Below, in pieces: positions 33,997 to 42,642 of a stretch of 64,000 nt of DNA. Numbering within the stretch: position 1 is the first letter of the stretch; each line of letters begins with the position of its first letter. The position numbers were made by a program, and so were the translations under genes. Origin of the DNA: Candidatus Zixiibacteriota bacterium (lineage in GTDB: Bacteria; Zixibacteria; MSB-5A5; UBA10806; 4484-95); the NCBI GenBank assembly GCA_037441845.1, contig JBBIRK010000002.1, forward strand, positions 224,001 to 288,000, read 5' to 3'. The notes under the pieces were generated by a model that saw nothing but the letters and a program-made list of their open reading frames with translations, did not search any database and was not told where the DNA came from.

Positions 33997-34809
33997 ATGT
34001 CAAAAGTGAAAATACTCCTGACTTTCGCCGCCCTGATCAGCGCCGCCGCCTGCTTGACCGGCCATAGCGCTTTTACCGGCTATTCCGGCGCCCCTTCCTC
34101 CAATGGAACCTGCACCAGCTCCTGCCATCGACAGACCTCCTTCACCCCGTCGTGCGAGATCAGCGGATTCCCCGCGGTTTATGAACCTGGACGGCAATAC
34201 CTGATAAGGATAACCCACTCGGGCGACCGACCGATAAACCAATTCAATTGCTCGATCAGAGCCGATTCGAACGGCACCGTCGCCGGTATCATTCTGCCTG
34301 ATACCAACACCGCCGTCTATTCAATCCCGAACGAAACGATCGGCGTGCATTGGCAATCCGCCGGCCATGACAGCGGAACCTTTTTCTGGCAGGCTCCGGA
34401 TAACGGCGTCGGCCCGATAACCCTCTATTGGGCCGGGCTGCAGGGAAACCGCTCGTTCGGCGCGGACCAGCAGATAGTCATGCACGCATTGCAGCATGAA
34501 ACCGGCATCGAGCCGATAATCGATATGCCGATTCGTTTCGATCTCAAACAGAACTATCCGAATCCTTTTAATTCCATTACCATAATTGATTTCTCGCTTG
34601 CCGTTGCCGGCGACGTTACTCTCGATATAACCAATATCCTCGGCCGGCCCGTGTGCACCTTCACGATGCGCGGGCTCGAAAAGGGCGGCTATGCGTTGAG
34701 CTGGAACGGCCGCGACCTGAAAGGAAACACCCTTCCCTCGGGACTATATTTCTATCAATTGACCGCCCCCGAGGGGAAACTGACCAGGAAGCTGACCATT
34801 CTACGATAA
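33997..34809 (+). CDS. Secreted protein with Reeler-like (choice-of-anchor V-like) domain and T9SS-A/FlgD-Ig C-terminal domain
   Basis: Signal peptide, GAP...CTSSCH, YEPGRQY, FFWQAP, then QNYPNPFN...NILGR...WNG...SGLYFY...KLTILR. Confidence 0.8.
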   Translation: MSKVKILLTFAALISAAACLTGHSAFTGYSGAPSSNGTCTSSCHRQTSFTPSCEISGFPAVYEPGRQYLIRITHSGDRPINQFNCSIRADSNGTVAGIILPDTNTAVYSIPNETIGVHWQSAGHDSGTFFWQAPDNGVGPITLYWAGLQGNRSFGADQQIVMHALQHETGIEPIIDMPIRFDLKQNYPNPFNSITIIDFSLAVAGDVTLDITNILGRPVCTFTMRGLEKGGYALSWNGRDLKGNTLPSGLYFYQLTAPEGKLTRKLTILR

Positions 34810-34830
34810 AATTATTTTCGAGGAGGGGAT

Positions 34831-34871
34831 AAGCGAAGGCGGACAGGGTTACCTTCCGCCTTCGTTTTTTT
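34831..34871 (+). terminator. Intrinsic terminator
   Basis: CGAAGGCGGA...TCCGCCTTCG stem followed by T7. Confidence 0.85.
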
Positions 34872-34907
34872 CGCTTTGCCTGCGAAAGCGACTCTTTATC
34901 GCGCGTC

Positions 34908-35147
34908 CTATTCCTCGGCCCATTCAGGCAGCGCTTTCATGAAAAGCTCCGCCCGATCCATCGCTTTTTGATCGTCGATACCGGGTTGCCAGCTCTTGAA
35001 CCATTCCGCGATACTGCTTTGGATAACCCTTTTCGGCCGTAATACGCCGTTTTCATCGGTGCAATACTTGCAGTAATTTTCCGCAATTCCCTTGAATTCC
35101 GGCGAGCTCAGCGGCGCGCTGCATGAATGACAATACTTCTGCATCAT
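34908..35147 (-). CDS. Small zinc-ribbon protein (Zn_ribbon_2-like)
   Basis: YCHSCSAPL...YCKYC, LPEW near the C-terminus; AAGGAG SD. Confidence 0.75.
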   Translation of the reverse strand: MMQKYCHSCSAPLSSPEFKGIAENYCKYCTDENGVLRPKRVIQSSIAEWFKSWQPGIDDQKAMDRAELFMKALPEWAEE

Positions 35148-35196
35148 TTCTCCTTTCGGTGGTGTTGAGATTCTGCCGAACCTGCGGTTTCCGTTG

Positions 35197-38196
35197 TCAG
35201 GCGCATGCCTGTAACTTGCTCGCTATTACGGTCAACACCCCATGTCGGTTCTGGGCTTTGCCGGTGACTTCCAAAAGCGGCCGGCGGAAAATCCGCGCCC
35301 CGAACCGACGATATATCCCGGGGAAAACCGTAACCTCGAAATAGTCTTGGTCGTCTTCCATCGTCAAAAAAACCATCAGCTTGTCGTTGCCGGTTCTTAT
35401 CCTCTTACGATCCACCACCAGACCCACGATCCTCACCTCTTTGCCGTTGCAGGCCGCCAGCTCCGAGGATTTGACCTGCCCGTTGGTGAACGGTATGATG
35501 TTCGCCGGATGACAGCTGATGGCCATATCGAGTATTTCCTGCTCGGCCAGCAACCTTTGTTGGATATCGTAATCGCCTAATCCGACGGGAAAGCGCGGCG
35601 TTTCGGGCAAGACATCGCCCAGAAGCGGGGTTTGCCCGCCTCCGGCGAGAATTTTCCGCCCATACGTTTTCATATACCACAAAAGGGCCGGCCTTGTCTG
35701 CCCCGAATAATCGAAAGCGCCTATTCGAATCAGTTTCTCCGTTTCATCGACCGCCGGTTTGACTCTGACTAAAAAATCCCCCAGCGAAACGAACGGCCGC
35801 TTCGCCCTCTGCTTGATTATGGCCTCCCGCGTGGCCGCCGAAAGACCTTTCACGAACGCCAGCCCGATCCGCAGCTCATTCCCCTCGACGACGCAAAGCT
35901 CAGCCGGCTTATCGATATCGGGCGGTCTCAATTTCGCTCCCAAACGCCGCGCCTCATCGGCATAAACCAACGGGGCATAGTAGCCTGCGAAATTGTTGAG
36001 CATTGCCGCCATGAACTCGATCGGATGGTGCGCTTTAAGAAAAGCCGCCTGATAACTCAGTTTGGCGTAGGTGGCCGCGTGCGCCTTGCAGAAACCGTAT
36101 CCGGCGAACCTGGTCAACAATGCGAACACCTCGCGGGCTTTCAATGGCGGCACCCCACGCGCCGATGCCTGAACCAGAAATTTCTCGGCGAAAGCGTGAA
36201 ATTCGTCGATTCCCCGTTCTTTGGTCATCGCCTTGCGCAAGAGATCGGCCTGAGCAGGCGAAAATCCGGCCATCACCTCGGCTGTTCGCAATACTTGTTC
36301 CTGATACACGATGTTCCCGAGGGTCTCGGCCAGCACCGGCTCCAGCGATTTGTGCGGATAAACGACCGGTTTCTCTCCGGCGAGTCTTTCGAGATAAAGC
36401 TTCTTCATGCCGGATTCCGCCGCGCCGGGACGAATCAAAGCCAAGGCCAGAGTGATATCGTCGATCGTCTTCGGCTGCAGTTCTATCAGAAGCGAACGGA
36501 GCCCGGGCGATTCGATCTGGAAAACCCCGATCGTGCGCCCCTGCTGCAGCATCCTGAAAGTGTCCGGATCGCGCCAATCATATATCACTTTTCCACCCGA
36601 TTTTTCCCCCGCCGCCGTCTCGGCATCGGCTATCGTCGAAAGTCCGCGCTGCCCCAGAAGATCGATCTTCACCAACCCCAAAGCGGCGATTCCGTGCATA
36701 TCATACTGGGTGATCGCGATCCCCTTAGCCGACATCTGCAGCGGCACCAGGTCAAGAAGCTCCCCGGGCGCAATCACCATCCCGCCGCAATGAATCGAAA
36801 GATGACGCGGATACCCTTCTATTTTACAGGCAAGTTCGATTATCGTCCGGTACGGCTCGCTTTTCACCGGCAGGTCGGCGCATTCCGGGTAATCGCGCAT
36901 CGTTTTTTCAAGATCGCCCAGTCGCCCCCAGGGAAGCCGTTTCGTGATATCCGAAATCTCGTCTTCGGACAGACCGAACGCCTTCCCCAGCTCCCGGATC
37001 GCCCCCCGCGCCGCAAACGTATTCAGCGTGGCGATCATGGCCGTCCGGTTCCGTCCGAACCGCCTATAAACATAATCGAGAACCTCATCGCGCCGACGCC
37101 AACAAAGGTCAAGGTCGATATCCGGAGGATCCGTCCGCGCCTCGTTCAAAAACCGGGCGAAATACAGATTCTGTTCGATCGGATCGACCTGGGTCACCCC
37201 CAGACAATAAGCGATAATCGATGAGGCCGCCGATCCGCGGCCGACCACCCGAATACCCGATCGCCTGCAGAAATCGATTATATCCGCCACGATCAAAAAA
37301 TAATCGACGAAACCGGTCTGCTCGATAATCGCCAGCTCCGATTCGAAACGCGAATACACCTCACCGGTTATCCGCCCATAACGGCGGCGCAAACCCGCTT
37401 CCGCCCGCCGCCTTAACAAATGACGATTCGCGATCTCCGTCACCTGCTCATATCTCGGAAAATTTATTCTCCCGAGCGGCAGATCGAACTGACACCGCTC
37501 GGCGATGTCGATCGTGGCCGTTATCGCCTGCGGTATATGCCGATAACGCCTGATCATCTCCTCCGGCGGCGCCAATAGCGCACCGGCGGGAGCCAGACAG
37601 CGGCTTTCCACCCCGGCGAAACTTTTCAGGTATTTTATCGCCGCCAACGCCCGGTTGACCCGCGCATCGCCGGTTTCCGCAAAATAAACCGGATCCGCCG
37701 CCACCATCGACAGACCGAATCTTTTCGCCAGACTCGATTTCTGTGTCATCGCCGGTTCGGCGCCCATGCTTGCGATCGATTCAACCCCGATATAAATATC
37801 GCGGCCGTAACCATCGACCAACGCAGGCGGCAAATCATCACCCAGATAAATTGCGATCAACCCGCTGCGATTGTTCAAAACATCATCCACCGATGGTTTC
37901 CTTTCATCGAGCGTCTTTATCGTTGATATCCGACAAAGCGAACCGTACCCCGCCAAATTCCTGGCCAGAAAGACGAACGGCCCGCAGGCGGTGTCGATTT
38001 CCAACCCGATCAACGGTCGCACGCCCCGTCGACCCGCCGCCTGAACGAATGCGATCGTGCCGTAAAGACCGTCGTTGTCGGTGAGCGCGGCCGCCCCGTA
38101 GCCCAATTCGGTCAGACGTCCCAGCAAACGCTCGATCGAAAGCGGCCCGCAGAGGAACGAATAATTAGAGTGACAGCGAAGGGGTACGAAGCTCAT
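35197..38196 (-). CDS. dnaE2: Error-prone DNA polymerase III alpha subunit (DnaE2-type)
   Basis: PHP (HSNYS...LTD), GRGSAA, PDIDLD, HCGG, FQIES, GFCKAHA, C-terminal OB fold; coupled to a Y-family polymerase. Confidence 0.88.
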   Translation of the reverse strand: MSFVPLRCHSNYSFLCGPLSIERLLGRLTELGYGAAALTDNDGLYGTIAFVQAAGRRGVRPLIGLEIDTACGPFVFLARNLAGYGSLCRISTIKTLDERKPSVDDVLNNRSGLIAIYLGDDLPPALVDGYGRDIYIGVESIASMGAEPAMTQKSSLAKRFGLSMVAADPVYFAETGDARVNRALAAIKYLKSFAGVESRCLAPAGALLAPPEEMIRRYRHIPQAITATIDIAERCQFDLPLGRINFPRYEQVTEIANRHLLRRRAEAGLRRRYGRITGEVYSRFESELAIIEQTGFVDYFLIVADIIDFCRRSGIRVVGRGSAASSIIAYCLGVTQVDPIEQNLYFARFLNEARTDPPDIDLDLCWRRRDEVLDYVYRRFGRNRTAMIATLNTFAARGAIRELGKAFGLSEDEISDITKRLPWGRLGDLEKTMRDYPECADLPVKSEPYRTIIELACKIEGYPRHLSIHCGGMVIAPGELLDLVPLQMSAKGIAITQYDMHGIAALGLVKIDLLGQRGLSTIADAETAAGEKSGGKVIYDWRDPDTFRMLQQGRTIGVFQIESPGLRSLLIELQPKTIDDITLALALIRPGAAESGMKKLYLERLAGEKPVVYPHKSLEPVLAETLGNIVYQEQVLRTAEVMAGFSPAQADLLRKAMTKERGIDEFHAFAEKFLVQASARGVPPLKAREVFALLTRFAGYGFCKAHAATYAKLSYQAAFLKAHHPIEFMAAMLNNFAGYYAPLVYADEARRLGAKLRPPDIDKPAELCVVEGNELRIGLAFVKGLSAATREAIIKQRAKRPFVSLGDFLVRVKPAVDETEKLIRIGAFDYSGQTRPALLWYMKTYGRKILAGGGQTPLLGDVLPETPRFPVGLGDYDIQQRLLAEQEILDMAISCHPANIIPFTNGQVKSSELAACNGKEVRIVGLVVDRKRIRTGNDKLMVFLTMEDDQDYFEVTVFPGIYRRFGARIFRRPLLEVTGKAQNRHGVLTVIASKLQACA

Positions 38197-39403
38197 AGCC
38201 GTCGATTACCTCCCGAAATTTCTCTTTAAGCTGCAATGTACGGCCGTAATATACCGCATGATATCCATGCCGGCTGCGCAGACGATCGAGACTTACACTC
38301 AAATCCTGCGCTTTTTTCCCGAAACTGAACAGGTCGTTTTGATAGGCCCCGGGAAGCAGGCCCGAAACGACCACGCCGACATGCCTTATTCCCACCCTGC
38401 CGGAATACGAATCGTCGAACAACCGTCGCAGATACGGCCATATATCCGTTTCCCTGGCGCTGGCGCGCCCCATCGTGACCGCCGTTTCCACCGCAGCAAA
38501 ATCGACATGGCGCAATTTCAAACCGAGCCGACGCGCCAAAAGATGTCTTTGCCGCAGATCGAGGCAAACCCGTTCCAGAAGATAATACGCTACGCTGGTC
38601 AAAAAGAATCGATCGTTCGAATCGGCGTTGAATGTCGTCTCGCGCGATATCGTTCCCGGCAAGATGCGCCTTCTGATCTTCCGTCTGTCGATTCCGCCAG
38701 CGAAATCATACCACTCCAAGCCCCGCTTGCCGAAAACCGCCCCCAGAACCCACTGCGGTATCCGACGTAATTGCCCCACCGTGGTCACCCCCAGCTCCTG
38801 CATATGAATTGTCGCCCGCGAACCGAGATTCGGCAAATGCGAAACCGGCAGATCGGCCAATATCTGGTCTTCCTCCTTCGCATCGATAACCACGATCGGT
38901 TCCTTCCCCTGCTGTTTCCTGTCGCGAGCCAGTTCACAGGCGATCTTGGCGAAAAGTTTCGACCTGCCCGCCCCGATCCGACACCCTATTCCAAGCCGTC
39001 GTTTCACCGCCTCCCTCAGTGAACGCAAAATCCCCTCGATCGTATCGGGCGGATAGACCTGCAGGCCGAGATAGGCTTCGTCCATCGAAACCGGCTCTAT
39101 CTCCGGCGTGAACGCCTGGAGAATATCGCAAACCTGTGCCCACCAATCGCGATAGATTTTCACGTCACCCTTCAGAAATACCGCCTCCGGCAGCACCCGC
39201 GATGCCTCCGCCAGCGGCATGCCGAATTTCACGCCTTTGGCCCGCGCTTCGTAAGAGGCGCAGATAACGATCCCCCGCGTCGGCGGTAACCCGCCCACGA
39301 TAACCGGTTTGCCCCGGAGTCCGGGGTTAAGCGATTGTTCGACCGATGCCAGAAAAGCCTCGAGATCGACTAAGGCCGTGTATTTTTCAACCCCATCGCG
39401 CAT
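38165..39403 (-). CDS. dinB: Y-family DNA polymerase IV (DinB-like)
   Basis: VDLEAFLASVE, ASYEARAKGV, catalytic SMDEAY, ISRETTF; ATG 39403 (TTG 39415 is an alternative). Confidence 0.9.
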   Translation of the reverse strand: MRDGVEKYTALVDLEAFLASVEQSLNPGLRGKPVIVGGLPPTRGIVICASYEARAKGVKFGMPLAEASRVLPEAVFLKGDVKIYRDWWAQVCDILQAFTPEIEPVSMDEAYLGLQVYPPDTIEGILRSLREAVKRRLGIGCRIGAGRSKLFAKIACELARDRKQQGKEPIVVIDAKEEDQILADLPVSHLPNLGSRATIHMQELGVTTVGQLRRIPQWVLGAVFGKRGLEWYDFAGGIDRRKIRRRILPGTISRETTFNADSNDRFFLTSVAYYLLERVCLDLRQRHLLARRLGLKLRHVDFAAVETAVTMGRASARETDIWPYLRRLFDDSYSGRVGIRHVGVVVSGLLPGAYQNDLFSFGKKAQDLSVSLDRLRSRHGYHAVYYGRTLQLKEKFREVIDGYELRTPSLSL

Positions 39404-39423
39404 TCGTGTACCCAAATCAATAC

Positions 39424-39458
39424 TGCACTAATTTATAGTGCACATTTGTATATGTCAA
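39424..39458 (-). promoter_or_regulatory. sigma70 promoter of dinB-dnaE2 overlapped by palindromic operator(s)
   Basis: TTGACA(39458-39453)-N17-TAAATT(39435-39430); TGCACTA-N5-TAGTGCA at 39424-39442; TGCAC-N4-GTATA at 39439-39452. Confidence 0.72.
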
Positions 39459-39619
39459 GTTTTTTTTGATGATATTTTATTTTTTCGATTTTCGACTTTA
39501 TCGGAAGCGCGGAAAATGTAGAAAAGCTCATCGCCGGCCGCGTTCTCTTGCCGTCGGCGACGATGAGGTTTCATGTTTTATGACTGATTTTCCGGCAGGT
39601 GCACTGGTATTTCATATTC

Positions 39620-39748
39620 ATCATTCCCTTTTCTCGATTCCCGGCTTCCCTTTTCGCGTCATTCCCGCTTCCCTCATTAATGTTCCCGTCACTATCTCGT
39701 TGTCATTCCTGCCCCCTTATATTTGTCATTCCCGCGTAAGCGGGAATC
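39620..39748 (+). repeat. Degenerate tandem array 1 ending in a REP/dRS3-like palindrome
   Basis: Unit heads at about 39620, 39634, 39658, 39679, 39702, 39725; terminal GTCATTCCCGCGTAAGCGGGAATC. Confidence 0.75.
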
Positions 39749-40191
39749 GCCCACAAAGCACCCCGCTTCCCCTCAAAATCCGGCAACACGAGTCCCCCCC
39801 CAATCTCGCACAATCGGGTTCGATAAAGTATGCACTTCGAAACCGGGATTTTCCGGCCTCAGCCAGGCAAACCGGCTGGATCGTCCAAATGCCCAAAATG
39901 AATTTCGCGGATTCCAAAGCAACGGGGCAACCGGTATCTTTATCCCCCCCCCCAGGAAATTGGCGCCAATTGCCCCGCTTGAAAGATCAAGGCTCAAAAG
40001 CCGAAAAGGTCTAAGCGTGATTGTTACGGCAGTTGCAAAGCGGGATGTCGATTCATCTTGCCGCGTTCAATTGGAATATCGCACTGATCGTGTCAGAACC
40101 TGTCACGCAAAATTCTTTACCACGAATATTTTTTTCCGGGAACGGCCGCCGCGATCACTCGTATCGTAACAGCATGACGGGAACGTAAGGC

Positions 40192-40220
40192 TTGACACGA
40201 AATTCCTGATGACCTAAAAT
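40192..40220 (+). promoter_or_regulatory. sigma70 promoter of tolQRA
   Basis: TTGACA-N17-TAAAAT; AAGGAG SD before the TTG start. Confidence 0.75.
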
Positions 40221-40244
40221 GTTCTAAAAAGCAAAGGAGCCGCA

Positions 40245-40973
40245 TTGCAGAACATCCTCGCTTTGTTGTTGTCCCCCGATGTCGTCGCCGGCAAGAAACT
40301 TACCGACTTGATCGCCGAGTCCTCGGCTTTCGCCAAGATCGTTTTGGCTGTGCTTCTGGCGTTCTCGGTCATTTCCTGGGCGATTATCATTTACAAATAC
40401 TTGGAATTCAAAGCCGCCCTGAAAACCAACCAAACCTTCCTCAAAGAATTCCGCCGTAATCGCGGTTTACGGAAAACTTTCGCCTCTCTCACTCGCCTTT
40501 CCCGCTCGCCGTTTGCCGCCATGCTTGGAGCCGCCCTGGTCGAGCTCGAGTCAATGCTGCATTCCGGCGGCGAAACCCGCTCCGCGCTCGATTACGAAGG
40601 GCTCAATCATGTCGCCGAGGCGATCGACAGAGCGGGAATCAACGAGGCCATGCGACTCGAAAAATACGTGGTTTTTCTCGCCACGACCGCCAATGCTTCG
40701 CCCTTCATCGGGCTGCTGGGCACGGTCTGGGGAATTATGGACGCCTTCGCGCAAATCGGAGTGAGAGGCACCGCAACCTTGGCGGTGGTCGCCCCGGGAA
40801 TCGCCGAGGCCTTGATCGCCACCGTTGCCGGTCTGGGAGCGGCCATCCCGGCGGTGATAGCCTATAATTACTTCACCAATAAATTGAGACGTCTCAATTC
40901 CGAAATCGATAATTTCAAATCCGAGCTCTATTCGGCTATCAAGAAGGAATTCGGACAGGTTGCGCAGGTTTAG
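40245..40973 (+). CDS. tolQ: TolQ (MotA/TolQ/ExbB family)
   Basis: SPFIGLLGTVWGIM, VVAPGIAEALIAT, AIPAVIAYN. Confidence 0.9.
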   Translation: MQNILALLLSPDVVAGKKLTDLIAESSAFAKIVLAVLLAFSVISWAIIIYKYLEFKAALKTNQTFLKEFRRNRGLRKTFASLTRLSRSPFAAMLGAALVELESMLHSGGETRSALDYEGLNHVAEAIDRAGINEAMRLEKYVVFLATTANASPFIGLLGTVWGIMDAFAQIGVRGTATLAVVAPGIAEALIATVAGLGAAIPAVIAYNYFTNKLRRLNSEIDNFKSELYSAIKKEFGQVAQV

Positions 40974-41367
40974 ACGCGAATATTACCCGATGGCGGAGAT
41001 CAACGTCACCAATCTCGTCGATGTCGTTTTGGTGCTGCTGATCATTTTCATGATTTCCGCGCCGATGATTCAATCGGGGGTCGATATTCAGCTGCCCAAG
41101 GCAAGCGAATCGCCCCGCGACGTCTCCACCGGAATCGTGGTAACCATAACCAGCGATAATCAACTCTTGATAGATAATTACAAGACCCCGGCCGACCAGT
41201 TCGAGGCGAGATTGAAAACGATCCGCGACATCAAGAAATTCAGACCGGTCTATATCAAGGCCGATCGGCGGGTTCCCTACGGCACGGTGATGGAGATCAT
41301 GAGCAAGATCAAAAAGCTGGGGATCGAAAACGTCGGTCTGGTCACCGAACCGGAGAAAATCATGTGA
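40960..41367 (+). CDS. tolR: TolR/ExbD
   Basis: EINVTNLVDVVLVLLIIFMISAP, ADRRVPYG. Confidence 0.88.
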   Translation: MRRFRREYYPMAEINVTNLVDVVLVLLIIFMISAPMIQSGVDIQLPKASESPRDVSTGIVVTITSDNQLLIDNYKTPADQFEARLKTIRDIKKFRPVYIKADRRVPYGTVMEIMSKIKKLGIENVGLVTEPEKIM

Positions 41368-42029
41368 AATACGCCTTGCTGGCGTCGCTGATCATCCATT
41401 CGATCGTCATCGGTAGGTTCCTATGGGGAGGAAACGACTCCGCCGGGAAAGCCTATCCGCGGATCATGTCGGTCGATTTGGTTTCTTTGCCGCCTGCGGT
41501 TCGGGGTGAACCGGATAGTCGGCCGGAAACGGAAACACAAAGCAAAGTCCGACAGAAACCCCATACCCGCGACTTGCCGGAAACCCCACATACCACCGAA
41601 ATTCAAAAAGATAAAAAACAAGCCCGCCCGAAACAACCGACAGCCAAACCTCAGGTCGAAACCAAACCGGCCAAAACCGGCGCGAAACCGGGTGTGCCCG
41701 AGGGGTTGGATTACGGCAGTGAGTTCGGCGATCTGTCCTTGGAGGGCGGCAAATTCGAAACGCCGACATACTTGAATATTCTTTTCGCCAAAATAAAAAA
41801 CCGCTGGGACAATCCTTTTCAGGGCGCCGAAAAAATCAGTTGCGTGATATATTTCGTCATCGAACGAAATGGCCGCATTTCCGATGCCGCAATCGAACGA
41901 TCCTCCGGCATTTCCGCATTCGATCAATCGGCCCTGCGCGCGGTTCTCTCGGCCAACCCGCCGCCGCTGCCGCTCGAATATTCTGGAAATCAACTGGGAA
42001 TACATCTCGAATTCCAGTATTTGCCTTGA
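41364..42029 (+). CDS. TolA/TonB-family energy transducer
   Basis: N-terminal TM with SxxxH, Pro/Lys-rich linker, TonB_2-like C-terminus (SSG...FDQSALRAV...PPLP). Confidence 0.82.
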   Translation: MKYALLASLIIHSIVIGRFLWGGNDSAGKAYPRIMSVDLVSLPPAVRGEPDSRPETETQSKVRQKPHTRDLPETPHTTEIQKDKKQARPKQPTAKPQVETKPAKTGAKPGVPEGLDYGSEFGDLSLEGGKFETPTYLNILFAKIKNRWDNPFQGAEKISCVIYFVIERNGRISDAAIERSSGISAFDQSALRAVLSANPPPLPLEYSGNQLGIHLEFQYLP

Positions 42030-42186
42030 TAGCGGAAATGTTTTCGTCGATATCTTTCCAGTTATGACCTGAACCCGGTTTATTCATCGCCCACATCACT
42101 TTTCCCTGATCTCTCCTTCCCGATCAGCCGAAACCGTGCTATCATTTCATTATTCCTTGTTCCGGTCGCCTAACTTTGTCGAATAT

Positions 42187-42400
42187 GCCGTTTCTCCTCC
42201 TTCTTTATGTCATTCTCACCTTCATCTTGCCGCTCCCGATCTCTTTCTTTTTCTCCTTCGCTTCCTCTTATAATCATTCCTGCCTTCATTGCCGTCATAC
42301 CCGCACCCCTTTCGTGTCAAACCGCCCCCTCTTCTGTCATTCCCATCTTCTCTATATCATACCCCCTTTTTCTACGTCATCCCCGCGAAAGCGGGAATTC
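42187..42400 (+). repeat. Degenerate tandem array 2 (about 10 units, 20-23 nt) ending in a REP/dRS3-like palindrome
   Basis: Unit heads at 42187, 42209, 42229, ~42250, 42273, 42294, 42316, 42336, 42356, 42376; terminal CGTCATCCCCGCGAAAGCGGGAATTC. Confidence 0.8.
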
Positions 42401-42642
42401 CCCCATAAACAAAGTCAAGCCACACGCCCACCGCTGAGCGCAATCCCGCCCGTTAGCCATGCCATAACAACTTGCGCCCCAACCGCCGGGATTCCCACCA
42501 TTGCGGTCACTCCACCCGAACCCGGAAACCATAGTCCTGATTCAACCGCAATGTTTATAAGTGATGATGTAGAATTATCTTCGGTTCTTCCAAGAAGTCC
42601 CGCGCCGAAACTTCACCTGTGTCCGGCGGCGCAGAATCAATT

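Noticed and set aside
39810..39880. Cobalamin riboswitch ahead of tolQ/exbB-like genes
   Set aside because: Only fragments resemble the motif (AACCGG...TTCCGG, AGCCAGG); it is too short and lacks AGGGAA and the GCnACTG core
39944..39953. Poly-C tract as a phase-variation switch
   Set aside because: Not in a CDS or between predicted promoter elements
39985..40045. c-di-GMP-I riboswitch (GGTCTAAG...TACGGCAG resemblance)
   Set aside because: The 5' half (GGnAAA-stem-GAAA-stem-GnCGCAAA) and P1 pairing are not evident, and the site is upstream of the predicted tolQ promoter; an Rfam scan would settle it
39466..40169. ORFs of 182 and 148 aa, and likewise 42176-42958 and 45479-45820
   Set aside because: They translate the pyrimidine-rich repeats (F/S/P/L-rich, 'HSRVSGN'/'VIPA' REP translations), lack SDs and show no domain motifs
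42187..42400. CRISPR array
   Set aside because: Units total only about 21 nt, the heads are degenerate, the fillers are low-complexity, and no cas genes are present
42499..42553. 9-bp inverted repeat CATTGCGGT/ACCGCAATG
   Set aside because: Short arms with a 37-nt loop and no supporting features; could be chance
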